A stretch of DNA of 64,000 bases from Toensbergia leucococca (taxonomy: Eukaryota). Shown piece by piece: positions 1-13,007 of this stretch. Where the stretch lies: positions 1-64,000 of the forward strand of contig JALDZS010000031.1 of assembly GCA_022813965.1 (NCBI GenBank). Direction: 5' to 3'. Positions within the stretch are counted from its first letter, which is position 1; each line of letters opens with the position of its first letter. The position numbers and the translations under genes were made by a program. A model generated the notes under the pieces. It was given only the letters and a program-made list of their open reading frames with translations. It was not told the DNA's origin and made no database searches.

Positions 1-464
1 AACAGACTTGATATCCACCGCAGCTCTGGAAGCTTCTTAACATTTGCGCGACAATAATCACAATCTCTGAACTTGACACATGCAAGAAGGCATGTTTTGT
101 TGAGAAACCCGAATAAACCATGCGAGAGAGACATGTCCGCCTATTCAAGCTCAACAGTTCTCAAGATGACTCGGCTTTGGCTAGCTAGATACTCTAAATG
201 CTAGAGATGGCTTGTCTACCTACTTTCCGGCGGGCTTCAATCTTCACTCAAGGATTCAAGCTATGAAGACCTCCATCAGGCGCATTGCCACGCATGAGAT
301 CCTCCGCGCATTCAATAAATTGGAATCGGCGCTGTCGCAGCGATCCAAAACGACGATATTCCTACAGGCGAGATGATTTTGGGTCAAGTACCAGCTTATT
401 CAAGCTCCTTAGTAGCGACAGCCACTGCCCAATTCATAGCACCTCGTCATGGCTTTTAATCGTC

Positions 465-998
465 ATGGACACTTTACCTGCTACAGCTTCCGCGGCACTC
501 GCCCTCAGTTCGTCATCTACAGCGCCTGAACAATCCTCATCTACGTCCACGAGTTTAATTTCGTACAGACCAATCTATGCAATTTGGAATTATGGAGATG
601 GAGACGGTATTGCGATAAAAGCCCATAAGTCAGCGGCGTCGTCTCCGAATACTTTTGCTTCATACAAGGTACACCACGAATATGATGAGACCTGGGCCCA
701 GAAGCTACGAATGAGCGCGACTAGCACGATAAATTTTCCTCCTAAGCATACAAAACTGGCAGATTGGTGGATTTTTGTGTTAGTCAAGGTTGAAGTCCAG
801 GAGCGAGGACATATCTGGGAAGCCGATTTCACAACACATGGAACTCTACGAAGAAGGCATTCCGCCTGTGGAAGACCAGCCAAGTATCAGCAGGCTGGAA
901 TCTGGCATTACATTACGCTAGACGGAGTTAATTTGATGGGAGATGAGGGGAAACAAGCTGGGATACAAGCAGTGTTAAAACCACGGAAAGGCGAATAG
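465..998 (+). CDS. Hypothetical protein (~177 aa), no recognised family
   Basis: Uninterrupted ORF from ATG 465 (the ORF track opens it at 285). Ser/Thr-rich N-terminus followed by a globular-looking aromatic-rich region. Confidence 0.4.
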   Translation: MDTLPATASAALALSSSSTAPEQSSSTSTSLISYRPIYAIWNYGDGDGIAIKAHKSAASSPNTFASYKVHHEYDETWAQKLRMSATSTINFPPKHTKLADWWIFVLVKVEVQERGHIWEADFTTHGTLRRRHSACGRPAKYQQAGIWHYITLDGVNLMGDEGKQAGIQAVLKPRKGE

Positions 999-3504
999 CA
1001 GAAGCAACAGGGTCAGCACCGCAAGTCAAGAGCAGCAAACCACAGAATTCGAAGGCCAAGACGATCATATACCTATCTCTCCTCCTAGGGCCTCGGGCTT
1101 GGCAGACGCTGATACCTTCATTAGTCATGTGAAGGATCGTCACTTCCCTTCTTATTTGATTTCTTCCTTTGCCACTTCCTTCCCTACTAAAATTCTCTCC
1201 CCCTCCTTTCATTTGTGATAAGGTTGTCTATTACCAGGTAACGAGTATTCTATAATCTATACTCGTTGCGCGACGAATTTGAAAGGAGTACCCCACCATT
1301 ATATTCAGTTTCAGTTTGCACCTGCATTCCTTGAGTCATGACCACTCATTATTTCAACAGGAGTTACCTCAAGATTTACCGTACTGGATCGTGGGTTAGA
1401 AATGAGCATTAGTGAGGAGAAGAAATTGTGTGTTTCTACATTATGGCCGATATGGGAGACATGCCGCAGCGACATGATAGAGCTGGCTTATGGATTTCAA
1501 ATCATTTATGGTGGCTGATGTTGAAGAATTACCAGCTCACAAGAAAAAACTTAGCTCTGCAAAAATATCTGACTTTATACTTTATAAATTTCAATTGGAT
1601 CATCTTTTTATTTGCTTTCATATGTTTTCAAACTCTTCTTTCTTCTCGCAAAAACGGTCCATTTTCGCCAGAGACACTCGTCCAGCCTTCGTGGTCATCA
1701 ATTCCCTCATTGTGTCATCTCCATATCGTTCTACTTCTCCCGTCCTTATCAAGCTAATTACCTCAGAAGGCGAACGCCATCACTGTATGGAGCGATACAC
1801 CAGGAGATCACCATAGATTTCAACACGGCTCGACGGGACCTCTCGAAGTGGACCGACGAGAACAGGCTCTTCCGGTTCCATGCGCACTTAGGTGAACATG
1901 CAAGGGCATTGTGTGAAGCCTGAAAGGGGAAGGTGTTCAACAGCGGTCCATTCTACCTACGAGTAAAATGACATCAACAGAATCATCAGCTGATTGACTT
2001 AGAACGCTCAGCTGAGCTCATCTATGAGCTTTGCACCAATGTTTCAAAAATCTGCGCGTTTCTCCAACAATAGGCACTCTTCGCCAATTCCATCGCAACC
2101 ATTGACCTTGAGATACACATAGAAATCTTCCAGTCGTCACATCAACGACGTGGGTTTGAGCTTCATTATGTTCCGAGTGGTGCAAGTCTTGATTTCCCTT
2201 TCAGGAACCAACTGCAGATGCTATTCTACCATACCTCATCAAGTGCACCTTTCTTCAAATGCTGTTTTGACGACCTGGTTTTTTCTCATCCTTCACTACG
2301 CCCTCACTGATCGCTGAAAAGCACCTTGACGTCGCTAACTTTATACATACAGTGCCTACCATCGGATATGACACTCGAAAGTGGTGTGAGTAATTTTTTT
2401 CAATGCCGCCGCTGTAACACTGCCTTGGCAAGTTCTATTGATGTCCTTCTGCAGATATTTCGGCGTTTGTTAATTGCCTCTGCGCTGTCACCAGATCCCC
2501 TTGAGCGACAAGGATTTCCTCAAGCTCCATTCACACCACACAGCGCGCCCATAGAAAGTCGAAGTACCTACAATGATGATATCACATATGAAATGGCTGG
2601 AGCAACGCGTCTAGGCCATTAAGCGACAGAGATGTATCCACTCGTCTTGGCCTGCGCCGCCACCACCTCCACTACCTTCCTTTTCCTCATCTTTTGATTC
2701 TCAAAAGCTGGCTGCAAGGCGCTGCGTTCAGTATTCACACCGCTGTTATGATAAAATTCTTCCTGTCTGTGGCAATTGTCGGAAACAGGGTCTTGAGTGT
2801 GAATATGTCAAGCGAAAAGTTGTTCAAAAGAAACAAAAAAAGAGCGCCAGAAAAGATGGACGGATTTAATCTTCCGGTGGATGTTAGGTCAAGAGAGAGA
2901 AGGGTCTGAGAACTCACCGTCATTTGAGGCAACGCCTTCTCCTTCTCCTTTCCCTCCTCTTGCAAACTGAAAACGTCTTTGCGCGATCTTGAAAGATGGG
3001 TGCTTTGATTGATGCGTGGGGACAAGAGGTGGAGGACAACAAATCTTGTTCTGATTCGGGGGATGGTGCACCATGCGTTCTGTCAACTTGTGCTAAGCTA
3101 TAAGTGGGTGAGTTTTTGATATTTCCACAATTTTGTTCAAGTGGTACATGTGCTCTCGGCAGCAATACACCACTCGGGACCTCGAGGCCTTCACTCTAGC
3201 GGATGTCATCGTCAACATGGAGGGGACGGGGTCTCAAATAGCGCCAGGACTGTCCGAAATACCTCTTTCACATGGCCAGAATTCTATATCCTTCGGATTC
3301 TACCAGGTAAATCGATGAGTCCAGCTCGCGAATGCTCACACTCATCTGCAAACCGCAATGCCTTTGATGCTAGCTCCTTGGGATTCACGCAATAGTCGCA
3401 GCATGCGGCAATGCTATCAATGCTTTTTATGCTGAATGTTCTGGATCATCCTTCCAGACTACCTGCAGGGCGCATCTTTTCTGACGTGTGTACCGAACCA
3501 GCGA

Positions 3505-3830
3505 GCCGCCAGGGCAATTACGTGGAGGCTGAGGGAATGTATCAGCAGGCACTGGACATGAGAGACAATGAGCTTGGCAGGGACTGTCTTGACACCCTGA
3601 AAGGTATGCAAAATCTGGCATTGTTGCAGCAAAAATAGGGCAAGTAGGCTGAGGCGAAGGGGAATGGTCGGCTGACGCTAACTTTATGAGAGGGTACCTG
3701 GCAAGAAACATCCTGACATACTGATAAGCACTAGCGATCTTGCATCAACACGCAACGGGAAGAAAGGTGTGGGAGCAAGTTGCAGAGGTACAGATAAGGC
3801 TTCTGGAGTGCTGGGGCTCCTCAATCTTCA
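3505..3830 (+). pseudogene. Decayed TPR-repeat (TPR_10/TPR_12-type) gene fragment, as found in fungal NLR-like NB-ARC/TPR proteins
   Basis: RQGNYVEAEGMYQQALDMRDNELGRDCLDTLKGMQNLA, then stops and a frameshift, then VPGKKHPDILISTSDLAST. Both match the QG.Y.EAE.MY..AL...LG..HPDTL..M.NLA repeat consensus. Confidence 0.75.
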
Positions 3831-4559
3831 GCCGTTTCCCCTCCACCAGAGCCTGAAGAAGGGATTGAGCACTTAAAGTCTGTTATCAAGAGCGAAACCA
3901 AAAGGTGGTTCATCGACAGTGACAAGAATAGCACAGGCCTACTTATCAATACCATTTGCTATCTCCTTGAAAGGTAGAAGATATTCAAAATCGTGCTCTC
4001 TCAGAATCTACCTCTTTTACCAAAAATACCACCTCTCTCTCTCTCTTCCGCTCCCAAGAAGCACATCATCTCTTCCATTGTCAATTGCAGGAGGTAGACC
4101 CGCGCCGCCTCACGGTCACCACCGGAAACCTCAAATACAGCAGGCTCTCGAGCATCAACAACTTGGGACGGATATTTCGCTACTGTCGCACGTTCTGGCT
4201 TTCACTATCATCCAAAAGTGTCGCCTTTTGAAACGAAGGACTCCAAGTCATACATGGACATCCCTTATTGAACAACATGACATCTGGAGTAAAGACTCTT
4301 GGCGCATGGAGTTATCAAGAGTGGGCATGTCTCCCGGGATCTGTTTAGGACAACGTCGAGACCACTGCGAGATTCATGAAGTGGAATGTGCGCGCTGGCA
4401 ATTTGTGAGTATCAAGAGGCCTCAGTATCCCTCAAGATCAACAATCTCTGGACGTTTTGTTTTCTGCATATCCCCCTTTCTCTGCACACGCATCCTCCTG
4501 CGCATTTGGCCAATAGCGATAATTTGCGGTTCAGAATAGCTCTTTCCATTATCAGACTA

Positions 4560-4912
4560 TAAGAGCGTGGCAAAAGCGAGCCTGGGGTGGTCACAGAGCT
4601 GGCCTGTTGTCTTGGTACTCGCGATGGTCCGACTATTGAGTGATTCGACCACTGGATCGACATCCAGAGATTCCACTAGGAGAGCATGATGTTAGAATCG
4701 TTTACAGAAACGCAGCAGGTCATGGGCTTCTCCGACAGCTTGACGCTATGAATATGACTTTAAAGATGCTGATAGCTAAAGATGAAAGAAAGTCAAGAGA
4801 AATCAAGGAGCATGAGAAGCAGATCATATCATTAAAGGGTCAAGTTGGACGCCTAATGCAAAGCTCAGAAAGTTATCTATCGATTCGAGATAACCAAACA
4901 CAAACTCAATGA
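4560..4912 (+). pseudogene. Fragment of a coiled-coil hypothetical protein
   Basis: HDVRIVYRNAAGHGLLRQLDAM...KEHEKQIISLKGQVGRLMQSSESYLSIR reads as real protein but has no clean start and ends abruptly. Confidence 0.35.
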
Positions 4913-7900
4913 CATCCGCATTTTCGGCCTCGCGCTTGACCTGCCTTCCTTGGCCGTTTCGCTCTGAGGGTGGGTGTTGTGGTTGCTGTTCCGAGTGCTT
5001 CGGTGGGTTTTGCGTTGGTGCGTGAGTAAGTCGTCACGGCGATGCCAGCGCTGGATTCAATGGGTCATCGCCACACTCATCATCTTCTCTCCTCTCTTTG
5101 TCTGGTGCTTCAAGGCCTGCTACGGAAGAAGACATGACCCCAGGCTTCACGTCAAGTCACTCAGAAGCACAACCGGTCGAGTCTAGTCGAGGACGCTCAA
5201 TAAGTATGAAAAGAGCCTTGAAAATGCTACAACACTTGCTGCTAATCTTGCAGGTACACAGAAGTACAGAGCGAATCCGCAAGCTATATAGTATATACGA
5301 CGATGATGGTAAGCCGTATATATATTTTTATTGCAAGGCTGAAGAACTTTTAAGTATACTGTGTTGCCCTAAGACAATAGCGCACGTATTCTTACACCGT
5401 TATATCAAAAATATTCAGAGCACTGACTCTCATCTATACTTAGACTAGAGAGAGTTTGTGACTGACGTTGAGAGATGAAACTTCTACTGCAGTCTTCCAC
5501 CTTGACAATAGAGAAAGCCCCTCTTTGCTCTTCATCGATGAAGAATATCTTTTCTTTCAACCAGAGAAGATAACAATAAAAGTTCAGCCAGCATAAAATG
5601 AATCTAAGATTTGTCACTCACATAATACGCTGCAATAACCTTGAGTTCAACTTGAGGGACCGAAGATTAGAGAATACTCTTGATGAGAAAAATTGAAGCT
5701 CAAAGATTCTTGAAACATTGAAGAGAAGGTAACAGAATCAATCACCATTCAACACATATTACATGAAAACAACACACCGCGGTTTGAACTGACTTTCAAG
5801 TCAGAATCATTCACTAAAGCTCTGTTATTAATGATAGAAGAGATGCAAAAGGTCATGTACAGTGTAAGAACATATGAAAAGACCTTTCATGAATCATCTA
5901 CAGTCTTACAAAGCTACAAGAATGCTCAATCATAAAAGAAAAGATAGAAGAAGAAACTGCTACTCCCCTCATATCTCATCTCAAAATCACTTCTCAATCA
6001 TCTCTCTTCAGTGCTGAGTTCATTATCTGTAATCTTGAACTATTTTATTCTCCTTTGTGTCTGGCTTGTTCAAAAGCTCACTTTTACAAAGCCTTTTCAG
6101 CCATCATGACGTCCATCCTATTGAGTGCTAAATCCTCATCTCAACAAGTCATCACTAAACCCCCGTGTCAATGAGTCTTTACTAACCCCTCATCTCCTTT
6201 CAGAAATCTCTCTAGTGACAATGAGTCTGTTGCCTTCCCTTCATCACTGAGGGCCCCTTCTGCATCTGATGACAGTCTCACTGAGGGAAGACCTAAGAAG
6301 TGCATGACTCTGTTTTTTAGATCTATCAGATTTTGAGTGAGTCACATCCCTCATTCTGTCAAGGGAGAAACCTTACAGGCTTTATCTGCAGAACGCATCA
6401 CGTAAAACATCAAGTCACTATCAAAGCAATGACCTTACTTCATGTTAGTATCATATCCCTTCTACTCAGCGTCAATGACACATCTCATGATCATGTCAAG
6501 TTGCTTGAGTCTGACCCTGTCAGGGACATCCTTGGCCAGGTCTATTCTATACAGCAGATTGTCATGAAGACTTGACTGTAGAGAAGGGTTTCTTGTGAAC
6601 AGAGATGGCGTCTATAGCTTCAATTAAAAGTCTTGGTCTCGTAGCAATTTCACACCTCTTTCACATTTTTAAAAAAACACATAAGCATCTTCCCTCTGCC
6701 CACTCACAGACTCTCCTGCGTGGTGAAAGAACTCAGTCATGAAACGACAGCAGACCCCCATAATCCCTGACCATATCTGAGAACATCCAATACACATACT
6801 CAATTGAGCCTGATCCTCTCTATCACCTACACATCTTCCTCTGCCGCCCCCAGCCCCTGGCATCTTGGGTTCTAATATCTAATGTGCTCCTCTTTCTTCA
6901 CTGTAACAGGCCCTTGATACAACGAGCTACTTCTATTCCATTCACTCTAATGCCTGGGTTACTTACTCAACTGCAACTAAAGCGTTTACATTACAATTTA
7001 TATAACAAATCTTAGCCACTGCCACCGATATATAGCAGGCGCTATCAAAGACCAGGACCTTGCTCTTAGAACTCCCTTGACCCCCATAGTGTGACTAGTG
7101 TCTGGAAAGAGAATATAGAAACATACCTGATTTTGAACGTTCATGCTTGCAAAACCTAGAATAGGGGCTTTAACGTCACAACATGATACTTCGTCATATG
7201 TTCTGCCTTCAATTTCCTCACAATTTGTATGCTGTCTTCGCATGGCCTGTATAGGCTTTTCGTGTCCTACTTTGCAAATCAGAAACGTTTCAGCAACAGG
7301 TGTTGAGGCTTTGACGGTAAGTCTATCCGCTATCAAGCGAGGATTGAAAGTAAGATTTTTCAGTCAAGACCCTTTAATTCTACTCTTTCCCCTTACATCC
7401 ATGTCTGTCACCACTTGCACGCTTATCACATCATCCTCCCTGATATACTGCTGTTCACATCACATTGAACGTTTCCTTTCGAGGCAAGTAATCCTCTGAT
7501 CGTCATGCCACCTTAATCCCGGCCAAAGATAATGGGGTGACTCCAACTGATGACCCATCTATTAAAACTCCTATCAGTTAAATTGTTCATGAGGTTAAGC
7601 CTACCACAGAGATTGACGTACAAATCAGGACCTTCGCCGCTTGTGTGCTATTGCATTGCATCTTTAGCACCTAAGGTATACCTCGTTAGCCTACTGCAAC
7701 GTTTACTACCCTCCTCAGTCTAATCTAGCACTGCTCTCTTCACACACCTCATAAATCCTCAGACCAGCACAACAGGGTTCTCATTCAGTTGACTCATCAT
7801 CTTTTCTCAGTTCGCCGGCCAAGGCATAGAAAGTGAACTTCAAATGCTGATGATGGGCAACATTGCTGAGGAGAGTCAGCTGTATTCTCAATGATTGCTG

Positions 7901-9982
7901 AGGCTGATTCTTAAGATCATTTTGACATGAGATATCAAAGTTATGACCTTGCTAGCTTCACTGAAAGGTACTATCAGAGGTGATTGTAAAGGCAGCTGAA
8001 TGTGAGGCGTTGATATTTCAGGGAGATTCAAATTTGAATATGAAGTACCCCGTTTACCGTGCTGAAGCTGGATCAAGGCAGCAAGGCGCCATTCGAGCAG
8101 TGGTGAGATTCAGATGTAGGCGAAATACTTGGATGCGGCAATTGCCATCGGGATACCAACGCATGTAAACCGTGATTGCAACTTATGTTCTGACACACAT
8201 CGTCTAAATTGTATTGATCAACGGTCTCACTTATGTTGTTGGTGTAGCAAGATCTCCGTAATGAGATGATTCACCTGACGAAAGACGTGGGTTCAGTAGA
8301 ACGGGATGCCTTCCATTCTACCTGGATCTCTATGATATTTGAAAGAGAAACGTACCTCACATCTGCTTTCATGAAAATGTATCCAGGGAAGCACATTGAA
8401 ACTCCGTAGCCGTAGGGCATGATGAAAATCTGCTAAACAGGCACGCCGAAGAGGAAGAGAAAGGAATGACGGTGTGACTATGAATGTACCGACGAAATGC
8501 TGGTATGGAAATTTGCTGTTAATGTTCGCTAGAGACGAGCAGATTACTGTTGATGCACCAACGAAATGGAGGTGTTTCGTATAAATGAAAATTGCGACTG
8601 CTGGCAAGCCAGTGTAAAATCAATAGAAAACTCCCACCGGACCACATCCACATGCTCTATCTATCACAAAGGCACAACCTTTTTGATGGCTCAAAGGTTC
8701 AAGAAGGGCGATTTCAATGGAACAACAGTAGTTGCAGCGGAAATGCATTTTCATATTTTCTATGCCCACTGCCAGATGTGTTGCTCCAAGAAATTGGGAC
8801 ACTTTCGTACCGTCTAGGACAAATGAAAGGGGTAAAGGGCAAAGACGACTGCGGAAGAAGGAAAGGCGGTCTTTGGTTGGTTTGAAATCTAAAAGGTTGC
8901 CCTGATGAACCGGAAGGGAGGAGGGGTTCGCGGCCACTTTGCAGAAACCCTTTTTTTACTATATGTAAGAACGGATAGTAGTACCCTTTTAAGAAAATCC
9001 GACAGCCCCCACTGATAATTAGTGAGACAAGGCCAGCACAGTGGGCGACGCATTTCCTGCTCCTGACGGATTTGATTTCCTTTGGGGCCCAGAGACGCGC
9101 GAGCAGAAGAGCAGAGAACCATGTCTAGGTGATTCGGGAGAGTACAATTATTCTGTAAGTCCTCGATGTTTATCGCCCCACGCGTGAAATAGGCAGTTTA
9201 TGTCTAGCATTAAGGTTTTCAATTTCCAATGAATTCAACGTTGGGAAAGAAAATCCTGGATAGCTTGAAAAACGCACGATGTTCTGAGGAAAAGACACAG
9301 TGCGTTTCAATTTTGGTATCAGGGCTGACTTTTCAAGGGAGCTTGAGGATAACAACCAATCCGTCAGGTTGAGTATGAACATGTAGAGAATTTTGCCCAA
9401 TGAAATTGTAGAGGATGGATATGCCCCCTCAAAATCTTCGAAGATGAGAGTCAGCCAATTCTGTCACTTGTATGATATTTTTGCAAGCCGTTTAGGAAAG
9501 ACCTTGTTCAAAAAGAGACTTTGAATAGCCAAGTTGATAAGTTCGAAGAAGTGTTCTTAGTAGGGAACAAGCACGGCGGGATCTTCCGGGAAAAGAGACA
9601 TTCGTCAATCTAATAACAGTATTCTGAGATGAACGGATGCTTGAGAAAGCCGAGCTAGAACAACTTAAACATGACCTCGTCAAGGTGAAGTGAGAAGCGT
9701 AGTGAACTGATGGGTAGCATGGACTTTGATTTGAAGGCCTCTCTCCTCTCTTTTTGTGGTGACTAAACCATGTGACTTGTTGATACGTTGTCGTTCACCC
9801 GGAAGTTTCCGCAAGAAACTAAGGTAGGGCCAGACTATATATAGCGCCAGGGAGTGACGGTGCTACGGAGGCCGTACTTGGGCACATGTGAAGATGACGC
9901 GAAAATGCAATACATAAGTGACGTTATGACAGTTAAGACATTCAACAATCAGGTTTAAGGTACCTTGGGTTAAAGACTTTGA

Positions 9983-10019
9983 TCATCATCATCATCATCA
10001 TCATCAACATCATCATCAC
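9983..10019. repeat. (CAT)n microsatellite
   Basis: About 12 CAT units with one CAA interruption. Confidence 0.9.
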
Positions 10020-11693
10020 TGACAGGTTCCAAGCCATTCTAGAACTGTTGAGTTTAATTTTTCAGCGAACCCCACATAAGCTCCAGATAAGGTAGTGCCT
10101 CATCCCTTCCCCGCGATTAGAAAGGCGATCCCGTTGCCCCGAGCCCCGTCCCCTGGTCGTGATTGATCGCCCGGGTAGAGTGCAGAAGATGTACCGTCCC
10201 TATGTTGAAGTCCTTGCACAAGTACAGAGGAATTCAATATGGAGTACAGTGCGGATAGAATAGCGCCACGTAAAGCCAGTCTCATCTTGGCTGCAGTCTC
10301 TTCGGGGATGCCATTCCAGCAGTACGAAAAGGAGATGAGAAGTGTGGCGGGTGGAGCTGAAAAGTGCTTTCCATGCCTGGAATGGGAAGTACCCCCCTTT
10401 TTTCTTCCCCACACGGGCGGCGCTTCTGATTCAACCCCAGTCACCTTGGCTGCAGTCCCCCCACACCACATGCCGTGTCACTTCCTCTTTGGCAAGTGCC
10501 AACACACCATCCCAGAACATCGGAGTCCCAGTCGATGCACTCGGTCGCCTTCAACCCAGATCCCTACTCCCTACAGCCGACAAGGGAGCAAGACCCTGCC
10601 TGACATTGACAATTCGACAAGGCAGTCGCCTAGGGAATTCCCCTTTGGGCCAAGCATCCTTCCACCGAACACGCATCTGGCCTGATGATCTAGGCGGCAG
10701 GGGGTGAGATGAAGCTGTCTCAGATAACAAATTGCGCGTAAGGCTTTTAGCACTGCAACGAGGCGACGGGATGTCTGGAAGAAAGTGATAGAATGCTTGT
10801 AAGAGGAAGAAGCAAGCCAGCGCCGACTAATGAAACTACCAAAGCAATAGATTCATGGTAAAGATTGTCACAGAGACATGCCCAAATCATATTTGAATTA
10901 TTATTAGGAACCGAAATATCCTGTAGAGTGTTCCAGCATGTTGATTAGCCAGAGGATTTGTACTTGTACTACAGTGTATCACTCATTACCTAGTTCTATC
11001 TTGCTCTGCCTACAAATATCTGCCTGTTATCTATGACTTTGACAACTGACTTCCCCGTCGCCTCCATACCTGACCTACTGACACTGTATCTGTATCTACG
11101 AGACTGCCTACCCGCCTACCTCCTACCTCCTGCCTCCTAAGGTTTTCGACCTACCTACAGCCTATCAAACCTATTCTAGGGCTAGAATCGAAATCGTGGG
11201 GGTGACACTAATGTGGCCTTCATGCCCGTTCTTTCAACCAACAACCCAACCTAGGTAGAACTACCTAAGGTACCTTACCTAACCTAAAGAACCTTCACCG
11301 CTCTCGTCATCAATGGTATCATTTTCATCATTTTTTCACTTCTTCGCCTTGACGCATCGTTGTCTACTAAAGTTGGGGCTTCTTCGCCAATACTCTTAAC
11401 GGCCGCCACACTAGAGTACCTATCCTCCCCTCCCACCTAGTCTGGCGCAATCCGTAACAAGATTTGCCTAGGCTATCTGTTCGATAAACTTACCCTACTC
11501 CTCTGCCACCTGCAATCTTCCCCACATACCGCGCGGTACACTACAACCTGCTTACCTTCCCCCACCCGCCAAATCCTTCACCGAACATTGTCACTTCCTG
11601 CGCCGCTCGAATCCGCACATCCTGCCATCAGCGTGCCGTGTGCTAAACCCCCCAACACTACATTCGCCAAAATACCCTAGAAATCGCTGTCAC

Positions 11694-13007
11694 ATGCAAC
11701 AAGCCTTTTCAGCAGCGGATCTTTCCAATCTGCTGAATCCTCACTCTCCACCATACATTCAAGACAGACAACCAGAAGGAGAAGGAGAAGAAGAAGAAGA
11801 TATGGCTTCAGTCATGGAAACAATGCCCTCGCTGGTGGGAGGAATGCAGACTGGTCACGATGATTCCCACCAAGATCTACCTCGTCCATACAAATGCCCA
11901 CTATGCGACAAGGCCTTTCACCGCTTGGAGCATCAGACAAGACACATTCGAACACACACAGGCGAAAAACCTCACGGCTGCCAATTTCCAGGATGTACCA
12001 AACGCTTCAGCCGATCAGATGAGCTGACGAGGCATTCGAGGATACACAACAATCCCAACTCAAGAAGAAGTAACAAGCCTCACAACGCTGCCGCCGTGGT
12101 CACGTATGCGCAAGAACAAGCATCAGCCTTGGCCATGATGCCACCTCCACGAAAGTCCATGTCGCAGTCCGCACCAACGTCAAAGGTTGGCTCGCCCAAC
12201 GTGTCTCCGCCCCACTCACTATCCCCGTATTCCACCAACTTGCCATCGGTCCTTGGACCGTACGGCCGAAGTAATGGTGGAAGTCCCAATTATGGTATGC
12301 ACAATCCGCTCGATATCAACCTCCTGGCGACCGCCGCTTCCCAGGTTGAGCGAGAAGACCAACAACCGAACCACCATACTATTTCACGCCATCACCACCA
12401 CCACCATCATCACCATCACCCTTACTTCACTCAAACCAACGGCACCAGCAGTCGCCTTCCCTCCCTCTCCCAATATGCCTACTCTCAATCAATGTCTCGA
12501 TCGCATTCGAACGAAGACGGTGACCCCTCACTTCACCGGTTTTCCAAGCGTTCGCGACCGACCTCCCCAATGTCGACTGCCCCTTCGTCTCCAACGTTCT
12601 CTCACGATTCCCTCTCCCCAACTCCAGACCATACTCCTCTGGCAACCCCGGCACACTCTCCCCGCCTTCGTCCATACGGTAGTCACGATATGCATCTTCC
12701 CGGTATCCGCCATCTTACCCTCCAACATGTTCCTATCCTCGCCCCAATGGAACCTTCTGCTGATGGCTCTCCCGCTTACGGCAGCCTTCCAGCCCATTCA
12801 AGCTACAGCAATGGCCCCCGGATCAGTGAAATCGTGAATCGCGCAGATGGCACGCAAAGAAAATTACCCGTCCCACAGCTGCCAAAAGTAGCGGTGCAAG
12901 ACATGTTAATGGGCGGAAGCGGCTTTTCAAACGGAAGTGGCTTTTCGAGTGGGTGCTCCAGTACAGCAGGCAGCGTAGCTGGCGGGGACCTGGCCGATCG
13001 ATATTAA
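11694..13007 (+). CDS. creA: Carbon catabolite repressor CreA/Cre1 (C2H2 zinc finger)
   Basis: N-terminus [16 protein letters not shown]; fingers [52 protein letters not shown]; conserved [31 protein letters not shown] box; C-terminal RKLPVP. No introns. Confidence 0.97.
   Translation: MQQAFSAADLSNLLNPHSPPYIQDRQPEGEGEEEEDMASVMETMPSLVGGMQTGHDDSHQDLPRPYKCPLCDKAFHRLEHQTRHIRTHTGEKPHGCQFPGCTKRFSRSDELTRHSRIHNNPNSRRSNKPHNAAAVVTYAQEQASALAMMPPPRKSMSQSAPTSKVGSPNVSPPHSLSPYSTNLPSVLGPYGRSNGGSPNYGMHNPLDINLLATAASQVEREDQQPNHHTISRHHHHHHHHHHPYFTQTNGTSSRLPSLSQYAYSQSMSRSHSNEDGDPSLHRFSKRSRPTSPMSTAPSSPTFSHDSLSPTPDHTPLATPAHSPRLRPYGSHDMHLPGIRHLTLQHVPILAPMEPSADGSPAYGSLPAHSSYSNGPRISEIVNRADGTQRKLPVPQLPKVAVQDMLMGGSGFSNGSGFSSGCSSTAGSVAGGDLADRY

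Noticed and set aside
4915..4945. KREAE on the minus strand resembling an alpha-pheromone precursor processing site
   Set aside because: Single occurrence, with no repeated peptide and no signal peptide in frame.
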